Below are positions 26,898-37,841 of a DNA stretch of 64,000 nucleotides, one piece after another (position 1 is the stretch's first letter; each line of letters opens with the position of its first letter). The notes beneath the pieces were generated by a model. It made no database searches. It was not told the DNA's origin and worked only from the letters and a program-made list of their open reading frames with translations. Origin of the DNA: Eledone cirrhosa (taxonomy: Eukaryota); contig OZ024740.1 in assembly GCA_964016885.1 (NCBI GenBank), forward strand, positions 365,862,001 through 365,926,000, written 5' to 3'. A program made the position numbers and the translations under genes.

Positions 26898-28850
26898 GCA
26901 CTTCGTTTTATAATATTTATCACACTTCCAACAGATACTATCACCATTTTGACCGTTCTTATAAAATATATAACCATTCAAAATATTGTGACCTTTCTCT
27001 GAATCAATAATTTGGGATTACGTCATGGGCTGCTGAATTTTCAACATAGAACAAAACAAACAACTGCATAGACCCGACAACTTACCAAAACAAACGTTCA
27101 ATACTAACTGATATAGAAGGGCTGCTGAAAGAATTCCAATTAACCCTAGATGTAGTTTAACTGATTGTTACTTGTGTACCTTTGTTACTTTAATTTTTTG
27201 TTAGGTTTAGAGAACAGCAATAATAATATCTTTGTTACTTTAGGGGGGCTCAATAATAATACCTTTGTTGCTTTAGAGAACAATATTAGGTTGTAGTGAA
27301 AATATTAAAAAAAAATGAATGAATTTAGATATATTCTGTTAGATGAATTGTGTTTTAGATGAATTCACTTAGAATCTTAAAACTTCTTGTGAAATATGCC
27401 AGGCATCCAAGTTACAGGAAATAAACCAAGAACCTCTTTAGGCCAAAACAAGCAGACTAATATTAATCAACAGCCCAGAACGAATGAAAATAACAAACCA
27501 TATAGCATCTAGGCAAACATTTTTATCAAGACACAGCCATATTTTGTAGGGAAGAGGTATATATTATAGAATGTACTTCAGCATTATTACTGGTACTTTA
27601 ATCATTGAATTAATTGATTAAAGATGGAAGGTAAAGATGCCTGTAGTAGGATTATGATTTGAAATGGGGATATATACTGTAACTAAATTGATGGTAAGTA
27701 TTGTGCTGTTTCTGCTAACTCTCTGTTCTAATTATTTATTACATTGGAACAAGTCCATCCATTGTTGTTACTGTTTAGTCTCAGGCCTACCTTGGTTGAC
27801 ATTATTCTGTCATTTCATTTTCTCAGACATAGTGAATCCAGAAATATATCATCCAATGTATTCTTTTTAAAGATGGTAGTGTGTGATTTGAGGGAGATTT
27901 GGTTGCTGATTGAGTAACCACAAAGATACCTCCTTTAGCCTGTGGGTATCCATTTGAAGGGATGTCCACACATTGAATTAAAGCAAGTGCATGTATGTCA
28001 CTTATTTTAAACTGCTCCCAGAGTATATTGAAAGGTTAAGTCAACAGTGAACTCAGAACAGATTCTAAGGCATTTAGCTTAGTTTATAGTAACTACTATA
28101 GTGTTACTGCCACTCCAGTGATAATGTTCCAATTGTTTTACTGAGTACAAAAGGATAATTCTTGTAGATGAGAGGCAATTATATTGTCAGCCTTATATTA
28201 CTACTACTTATGTTATTGTTCATCATCTATGAAGGTAGGTACAAAAGGAAAAGCCACCCTTGCCACTTCAATAGAAAGGGACAAACTGAGCCTGAATCTT
28301 GATCTTTAGTTAAAGTACTTAGACCGGCACTACAATTTCTACCAACCTCATAATAATAATCAAAACTTTTTTTCACATGACACCACTAATTTTCCACACA
28401 AAGGTAATTTCATTGTGTAATAATTAACCTGGGTTTTAATTTCTAATTTATGCTAGCTCTCTTATAATGCTAATGTCCTTGGAGAAAGGATGAATATGGC
28501 AGGGTCTCATTACTATTTTTCCACACATTTGGAACCTTGTGCCTAAAAAATAAAACAAAGCAAAACCAAAACAAAATCTGCTACAATCATTATAACTTCT
28601 ATAACTACAGATGTTTATTATTGTTGTTCAGAAAAGTAATATTTGGGAAGTGAGGGAGAATTGATTTGTTTCTTTAGATAGGTAGTTAACTAATTAAATC
28701 ACAGAGCATTGGATATAAAGAAGAAAAGAATAGATGGAGATATGATAGAGGGGGAAGATTAAAAAAAATATACTAAAAGAACAGAAAATACATTTTTCTG
28801 AAGGTTCTTTCAGCAGGTACATCTCAAATTCTTCTAACATTACCAAAAGG

Positions 28851-28891
<41 letters not shown>

Positions 28892-30183
28892 CCACGTGGA
28901 AAATGTCTAAACAGAAAATTATTTGCTGAATTTGTGCCAGAAAATATATTTGTAATAAAGTGAGAAAAACTGAAAAACACTCACAAAAACAAATAAATTC
29001 TGACTTCAGAGTATTTCCTAACTGTAAAACTTTGAATAGTTCAATTAATTATTGTAACATCCATGTAGCTCTATGAATCTACTCTTTCTATAATAAAGTG
29101 ATCTTGTGTGAAAAGAAAACTATAATATTGAACCTAAATAAATGGTTTAAGCTAATATATATATATTTTTTCTTATTTTTCAATATAACAGATTTTGCCC
29201 TCAATTTTGATGATATACATTTTATTTTTTTTAATTTGTATTTTTATTGGTGCTGCAACATAACATTATACACATAAATGTATGTATTGTATATTGAATA
29301 ATATATGGGATGTTTATGAAAAACATGAGGGTCTTTCACCATGAATTTGTAAGGTTGCAACCAACGTCACACATCTAACCTCAGCAAAAACAAAGGGAAA
29401 TAATCAACAAAGCATAGTTTCTCACTCTAGCATTTATCATGATTACATGTCTCCCCACTTCTGCTGAGGTTAAAATAAGCAAGAATCTTAAAGATTTTTG
29501 CTATGTTTATCAGCAGATGAAACTCATTTGTATATGGAGCAGTAGCTGGCCAGGCTTAAAGAATTTGTATTGGTGCTCCACATTCTATTTTAAATTTGCC
29601 ACATTTGAGGTAAAAATGGAGAAAATAAAAATAAATAAAATTATTACAGATAAAAACAGTTAAGTGACAAATAATAAAAATTTAAAAAATAAATTTAAAA
29701 AACAGAAAAATTTCTTCTATAGGATTTTAAAAAATGTTCTATTAAAAATGTAACTACTTTTATTGCTACCTGTCTGTTCAGTAGACACACAAACACACAT
29801 CTTTCTCAGTCTTATTAAATTCACATTAGTTTATTTATATGAGTAGCTAGATATAAGTTGTAAATATGAGTTTTTTCTTGAGAATTACACAAAAGTGGTT
29901 GAGTCCTAATAGTTAGTATCCATGTTTTTTTAGTTCAATACTGAATTGGCGCATTTGTTTTTAAATTTTAACACATTATATTTACATCACACACACACAC
30001 ACACACTAGTCAAGTGAATATGTAATTGGCACAAAAGGTTATGAATTAGCATTCCAATGCTGAATATGCTGGATAAGGCATTCCTGATTAAACTGAGAGT
30101 GAATTACAGCATTACACTAATACAACAAAACTGTGATGAGGATCCTAGTGATTTAAGCAATACAGACATATCACACACATGGA

Positions 30184-30264
<81 letters not shown>

Positions 30265-31911
30265 AAGAAAGAGGGAATTGACCCCATGGTTGACATGGTA
30301 CTTTATCAACATCAAAAGCATGATAGACAAAGTCAACCTCAAAGGCATTTGAACTATTAAAAAGTAAAAAGTAAAATTATTTTTTTTTGGTTTCTTTTTG
30401 TGAATACAAAATAAAAGGCTGCACCCAGCCACCCAGTGAGCTGGCTTTTGGTGAATGGAAAGTTATCAAATAGGGAAATATTCTACTAAATGTAGGGTAG
30501 CAGGCACCTATATACAAATATGGAAGTAATGTTTTGGACCCTGCTATGTTGTTGCAGCACAATTTAAAACCCCATCTTCAGAGAGGAGCTCAGTCAGATA
30601 CACAGATAATTTTCCACTCCTTTCTATAAGCTAATTCATGGATTTAAATTTAGCACTGCAATCTGCAAGCTAACGAAAAGCTTATGTCAAATAATAGTGC
30701 CTCGATATTAACATTTGTAAGCCTTCTAGGTGACTAAAACCACTAAGGGTCAAATATTTTTGTCAGGCATATTTCAGTGATGGTGATAAAACATAAGCTA
30801 TTGTTTGTAACCAGTAAGTCAGCACCTTACTGATTCCTTCATTTTGACATTCAATATGCATGCATGAATGTATGTATGTATGAACCCATCTCCTCCCAGG
30901 TCTGAGAGAAAAGTGAAGAAGAGGAAGAAGCGACCCCAGTATTGAAATAGTAATTTTTTTAATCTCAGTGGGATTTGAACTCAGAATGCAGAGACCTGGA
31001 ACGAATACCACAAAGCATTCTACCTGACATTCTAACGACTCAGCCAATTTGTCGTCATGACATTTAATATAAAAACATGTAAATATGTTCAAGTATGTAT
31101 ATGTTTGCAAGTAGATACAATATAGGCCTTAAACAAATGTTCCTCACAGAAAAACGTCAGGAATATTGAGAAAGATAAAGGTAATTATAGATTATAGATA
31201 TAATTTCTTATTAAAGATATTTTCAATATTGGAACCGGCAGTATAAATTGGGTGTTAATGTTTATTTCACAGCAAAAGACTAGTTATCCCAAACAATAGT
31301 AAGGAGCTGAGCATGCAAATATTTGACTATTTCATGGCAATTATATTACTAAATGGCCTCAGTCAACACAGACGAAGCTAACATATATCATGGAATTAAC
31401 TGACCTGGCAATAAAGCCTTGGTCATCATGTCTTTAAGGTGAGATGTGCTGTCTTAAGATAAAGAACTTCAAATATACGTGCTCTTAATTTTAAAGACAG
31501 CACAGAGTTTTTTTTCTTTTTTTCTTTATTTTTTTTGAGTGAGAGAAAGAGAGAAAAAGATTTGGCTGCTACATTGAGCAGATTGCATCTCTACATAGAA
31601 GTCTGCCTTGATGACATGTGACAAACCTGTTTTCTAATGTGCAGAACTTAAATGTTCTTATAGTGGGACAGACAAACAGACAAGGAAATATAACTCTTCG
31701 CTACTTTGATATACTGTGTTGATTACAGTATTTTTAAGTTAAGAGGAAGGAACACAGCAGTGATAAAAAAAACACAACACAACCTATTAATAACATCATT
31801 GCTTAATGCAACTACAACAATGTCCACCTCACCTCTTCAATCTATGGCTAGGTCAAGATTTACCACTAACATTAAAAAAATTAAAATGAAATAAAAAATT
31901 TAAGAACAAAC

Positions 31912-31943
<32 letters not shown>

Positions 31944-32487
31944 CTTTTTTTTAAACAGCTGGAAGGGAGCAGGAAACAGGCTTGACATGCAAAATAAGGC
32001 AGTCAAATAGCAAAAAAATCCAGGTTTGCATTGAGAACAAACACATGACATGATGCAGTGTGTATATGGATATATACGTACACTAGAGAGCAACATATCG
32101 TTGCCAAGATGTGTTGTAGAGTAATGGAAGTAGTTACAGTGGTTGTTGTAGTAGTAGTAGGAGTAAATAAATAGTAGTAGTGGGAGGAGGAGATTCAGAG
32201 GAGTGGCCACTAGAACAGAATGGCCACTCTCATACAATTTTCCTACGAGAGAGAAAGAGAGAGAGAACAAAAAATAATCATTCTTAATATTCTAAATAGC
32301 GCATAAATATTGAAATTAATTATGAAAAATGAAAACGAAATAAATAAATGAATAAATAAAAAGCATCTAGAAAATATATACACATGTTAGGTACTAGAAA
32401 CTAGGTTTAAGAATTAAACTTGGTAAATAATTTATAAAAAGTGTGAATATTTTCAATAGTTATATATATTTTAGTGAAAATTAGTAA

Positions 32488-32537
<50 letters not shown>

Positions 32538-32774
32538 ATTTGTATTTAATGTTTTAAAATTATTTTTTTGAGGAAGATTAACTGTGAAGTGTGCGGACCA
32601 TCAGACAGGTAGACTTAAGAAATAAAAATAAAATGTGAAAGTTTTTTTTTTTATATCATTGATGTACCGAACTCAGTAAATACATGAATATAATTGTGAA
32701 AAAAATCTAATCAGATTTTTTTTTTGTGGCTCTGAATTTTAAGAAGAAAATAAAAATAATATGAAGACAAAATA

Positions 32775-32970
32775 ATGGTTTCTAATTTTGGCACAAAGCC
32801 AGCAATTTTAGAGGTAGAAAAAGTCAATTACATCGACTCCAGTACTTGACTGGAAGGATGAAAAGCAAAGTTGATCTTGGCGCGGGATTTGAACTCAGAG
32901 ACGTAAAGAACCAGAGGAAATACTGCTAAGCATTTGTCCAACTCTCTAACAACTCTGCCAATTCACCGCC
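32775..32970 (-). mobile_element. Diverged Nin-type SINE; further minus-strand copies at ~9520, 10190, 15240, 18290, 34288, 37959, 39585, 40332, 40530, 41750, 49361, 59351
   Basis: Shared ggatgaaaggcaaagt...ggatttgaactcaga and gtttctactt...cacaaggccagcaatt blocks on the plus strand. Confidence 0.75.
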
Positions 32971-33180
32971 CTGTATGAAGACAAAATTATTCCTTTATTG
33001 GCCACACGGAGGACAAAATAATAAAACATATTTTGCTGATTTCCACAAGCATTTTGAAAGGGAGATAAATCTTTAAATTTTTGTCAATTCTACATTAATT
33101 TCTAGATGTGTTTTAACTTCATTAAACATATTTAGTTTCTCAGTATGAAAGGATGAAATATTTCTTTTTAATGACAAGGG

Positions 33181-33211
<31 letters not shown>

Positions 33212-33755
33212 AAAAATTAATAACTCACAATTAAATAAGGATAAATGATTCTTTTTTTTAAACATTAAAAAAATATATATATATCCAGGGAAGATGTTTA
33301 AATAAATTGACATGCGATATAGGAGACAGTTGTAGAGGAAGAAGAGGAAACTAACAGGGTGGTCTTTAGTTTAGACTGAGAAAAAACATTGGAACTCAAC
33401 CTATTAACCCTTTAAGTAGTTACTAATATATTTTAGATTTCATTGAAACATTGTTTTGGTAGGAACATGTTGATATACATCCAATTTATCCCTTAAACAA
33501 ATTGCATCATTTCATATACCTCATGCATATGAGAGAAACAGCAGTCTATATTTTTTTCCTCATAAAAAAAAAAGAGAAAGAAATGTCCGTTTTCAATGTA
33601 CACTTCTTTTGCTGGAAATTGAAATGTATGGCTAACCAACTCATGACAGCTGGTGCATTTAAAGGGTTAATAAGCAAGACGGGCAGTATGGTTCTACATA
33701 TAAAGATAACGAAGAACGCAACAAGATTAAAGACCATGCAAGTCTGGGAGTAATG

Positions 33756-33810
<55 letters not shown>

Positions 33811-33960
33811 AAGAAAGAGCGAGAAAGATAGAAAAGCTAAGAGAAACATAGCAACAGTATGATTTGTTAATAAGAGGCAATAGATCAATGAAAGTTTTAA
33901 TAATTCAACAATCTAATGCTCTTCAGAGAACTGATCAGATTCTTCAAGCCTTTTCCTTAC

Positions 33961-33977
33961 CGACTTTTCTTTCTGAT
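33961..33977 (-). CDS. CTNND2: Predicted 17-nt microexon of the catenin gene (DQKEKS)
   Basis: ttgattttcttctag|ATCAGAAAGAAAAGTCG|gtaagg; strong sites at both ends; phase 1->0, exactly what is needed to join exon 59507-59748 to exon 18629-18730. Confidence 0.6.
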
Positions 33978-35249
33978 CTAGAAGAAAATCAACAGAGAAT
34001 GACAGCAATACTGTTAAATCTGGCAACAATGGAAAGTGAATGAGGTGAGAAGTATTCACACACACACATACGCAATTTACAGTCAACTAAGGGCCACTGG
34101 AAAAACTATCCATGCCAAAGTTTGTGGAAAAGGATGGGAGAAGCAGAAGAAATAATTAAAATTAAGCTGAACTATAACATTGAAATAACATCTTTAAGTA
34201 AGAAAATCCAGTTTCAAAGTTTTTAAAGGTAGTTAATAGTTTTTAAACTGAACAGTGGTGATGAAGATGAGGGTGAATATATAATAATAATTGTTTCTAC
34301 TTTTGGCACAAGGCCAGCAATTATCCCAGTGCATTACTGGTACTTTATTTTATCGACCCCGTAAGGACGAAAGGCAAAGTTAACCTCGGCGGGATTTGAA
34401 TGACTAATAATAATAATAGTGACAATGAAACAGCAATAGGGCAATTTTGTAAAGGAAAGGGTTAATTCAAAATGGTGCTGACACTTTTTTTTTAAATCTC
34501 AGGGAAGGGAGGAGGGAGTGAAACTGATCCTCTCCAAATTCAAACTCACAAATGTAAGAAAAGATAATGACAAATACTATAAAAATGAAAGATATAATAA
34601 TGTGGGTACAACAAAACATGGTTCATCACCTAACCATTTGTGTCAACATTATCATCACTGGAAGAAGATAATTGCAACAACAACAAACAACAATAATAAT
34701 AATAAAAATAATAATAATGATAATAATGTTACTTTTATTAATGGTTAATAAAGTATCATGAGTAAAGAATGATTGGTGATATTAAACTTATGCTCAATGT
34801 TTCAACTGGTATATTCTTCAATGATCTTCAGGTGCCGTATTTTGATAGCTGGTTTGCATTGCAGCTCAAAGGCTTTCAACATATTTATCCAATAGGTTGA
34901 GAGATGCAGTCGTCAGTATTTATAAAGTATTGGACTACTTTTAGAAGTTTTCATGTTTCAAATCACAACATTGCTACAGTAGTGTATCCATACTCAAAGA
35001 CACTCAACTATCACTGACTGAGCCTAGCTTGCTATAAATAGAATCAGTAGAGGACTAGAGCTTATAGATGTAAGTGATGGTAGCACTTTATAGCTGATCT
35101 CTTGTATTAGCATAAGATCATATACTTTTAGAAATGAGTAGCACCAACTAAATGAAAGACAATGTATAACGGGTATTTATTTCTGGCACAGACAGAATTT
35201 AAAATCAGAATGTCAGGAGATGTATTTAATCTAGCGCTTTACTAATAGT

Positions 35250-35395
35250 GTCACTCCTGTGGGTAGCCAATTCCGTGTCGATGGTGGTGAGTAGGGAGGT
35301 GGTCCTAGGGCCAAAACACCAGAAGTCTCCAATGCTACGGGCTCGACCGCAAACCTATCGGAGATCGACTGATATTTGGAGTTTTTAAGTAATGA
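35250..35395 (-). mobile_element. CRE-clade retrotransposon RLE C-terminal fragment
   Basis: GC-rich island translating, with one frameshift, LKNSKYQSISDRFAVEPVALETSGV/GPRTTSLLTTIDTELATHRSD, matching the KxxKY...PxAxETxGxxGP pattern of CRE elements. Confidence 0.55.
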
Positions 35396-35457
35396 GCATT
35401 TCATTAGTAATTAGTAGATTATCTTCACCAGAATGACTTTGAGGAAATACCCTACAT

Positions 35458-35867
35458 TAGTGGTTCCCAAACTGTGTACCTTGACACACTAGTGCATCAT
35501 GAGATGCAATTATTTGTGCTGCGAAAGAGCAACATTATATTTCAAAATGTGAAAAATACAAATTGAAATTTGTAATAAAGTTCATATATAATTGTCCAAG
35601 TGGGAAATAACTAAACTGAGAAATAAAAACATTGTCAAAAAATACCAGGTACATGTTTCTCATTGATAACTTTGCTCCATTGACTGAAGAAGGAAGTAAG
35701 AATAATTTTTATGTATATTTAACTACCTATATTTTTACTTTATGCTCTGCGAATATGTATAAATACCTCTTTTGAATAAATGTTCAAATTTAAATACAAA
35801 ATATACCAAAATATTTTTACCTGTTTGAAGGTGTGTCAAGAGTAAAAATAAAGTTTGGGAATGACTA
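35458..35867. mobile_element. hAT (Charlie/MER5-like) MITE
   Basis: TIRs TAGTGGTTCCCAAACT / AGTTTGGGAATGACTA; imperfect 8-bp TSD ccctacat / ttctacat. Confidence 0.7.
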
Positions 35868-37779
35868 TTCTACATCAAAACTAAGATTTTAGTGGTGTCC
35901 TTATGACGCAATGGGGCATGGGCCTACAATTTTGATGTGGCCTACTCTAAGTTGTAGTCTTTTAAATTCATTCTATTACTTTTAAGTATATCATATACAC
36001 TACATATACATGTATATAGCCATAACCCATACATATATTGGAGGCCTACATGTGACATCAAGGTTGGCCTAGGGGCTAAACAACAACCATTTCTCAATAA
36101 ATGGTTCTTCATTTGATTTGAATAATTGTCGTGTTTGCCATGCTGGAGCAGTATCACAAATGGTGGAAATGGCAAAATGTAAAGAATGATTGGCAAGAAA
36201 TCAAAATCTGTGCCATCCAAAGCTGACTCCGTCCGAGATAAATAGTAAAAACTCTCTGATTATGTAAGTGTGTGCATGTTTCCATTTGTTTATTTTTGTG
36301 TGTATCTATTTATAACTTATGTATGTGTGTGTGCGCACTTGTAGAGGTGCATGGCCATATAGGTCCTTATTCTGTTTATGTGTTTGTGGGCATAGGAGTG
36401 TATATGCTTGCATGTGTGTGTACTGGTGCCACAAAAAATGCTCCCAGTACATGCCAAAATGTGGTTGGCATTAGGAAGGACATCCAGCTATAGAGAAAAA
36501 AAACAAAACAAAAAAAAACAGACTATATGAGCAAAATGTGGTAACCTGACCTGTCTAGCCACATAATGTGAGAACCCATGTAACCCATGCAAACATGGAA
36601 AATAGATGTTAAATGGTGGTGATAAGGGAGTCACTATGTGAAAGAAGTTTGACAGAATTGTAAAGATAAATGTAAAAAAGAATGTAGAAAAGTAAGAGTT
36701 GGAGAATATTTAAAATAAGATGCTTCCCCCAGTCCCTCTACATCGTTATTTTAGGTCTACTTTCCATAATGGTATGTGTTGGACAGGCCACCATGGTTCT
36801 AGTAACTATTAAGGCAGTTCAAAGGATTATATCTAATTTTTACACTCCAGTTTTGGCATTGTATCTATGACGAGATATCCCTTATATCACCAATCACTTA
36901 ACTGACGAGTACTGGATACATTTTATCATGGTACCAGCACTAAATGTGTTGTCACAGAGGTAGCAAAATTAAGCAGATCAAACTGAAAGAAGTTAAAACA
37001 AAACTACCTATTAACATCATAATATATAAAGCCATTCAAATATATTTGCCCCAGTTTGTGAAAATATTTTAATTTTTTATTAACCACTTAACTAATTTAC
37101 AACCACTTCTTTTAATGCCACTATGAATGGAATGGGTGTTCATAATTTTGGGCATTAACAGACTGTAGGAGTCCCTTTATTTGCTTACTGGACCTTGAAA
37201 TATAAGTAAGGCAGTTTCCAACCCACTTGAATAAACTATAGTAAACAAATAATAATACACACTACCTGAGGTCACAACACAATGGCAGTACCTAATGATC
37301 ATATTGTAATACAACCTAAAACTCATTTGCTCCAGTAGTTCATGCTAAACATCAAGAAATGACAAACCTAGCATGAAGAAAAATATAGATATTATTATAA
37401 AAAACAGGAAAGAATTTGAATTCTGCCCTTACACATTGAGACTTTTGTATTTTATTCACATTCTATCTGTATGCTGTGATGGTGTTCCATCATGTCCAGA
37501 ACAGAAATCTGTTAATCACCTAAAACATCTAAAAGAATTACATAACATTGGATATATCTGATATATTATAGCCTCCAAGTGACACTGACAGACATACATA
37601 CACACAAAGTTGATGTAAGAGCTGAGTGTATAAATTAGAATACCTTTCTGTTTGTAGATATTTCACACAACTCAAATTGTAAACATCAATGAAGCACTGA
37701 AGCTAGATGGAAATTGATATTTCTATGTAGGTATATATATCTTCAGTTTAAATTTGTGGATTTAATATCAATCCAAGAA

Positions 37780-37841
<62 letters not shown>

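Larger units (their letters stand above)
24207..27373 (-). mobile_element. Decayed Mutator-like (MULE) DNA transposon with FLYWCH and MULE transposase remnants
   Basis: Minus-strand pieces: LNGYIFYKNGQNGDSICWKCDKY (FLYWCH-like, ~26915-26985), QLYILHG, VFALLPNKSEETY, PLSISID, FPRAKQKG, LPALAFVP, PKTNNSFEGLH, LDYIQCIAHNF; inverted AATTCATCTAA subrepeats near both ends; possible 9-bp TSD ATCTTAAAA (24198-24206 / 27374-27382). Confidence 0.75.

Noticed and set aside
28844-28850. 7-nt candidate microexon after a long U-tract (aag|CCTTTTG|gtaatg)
   Set aside because: Length does not fit the phases required, and the AAG acceptor is weak.
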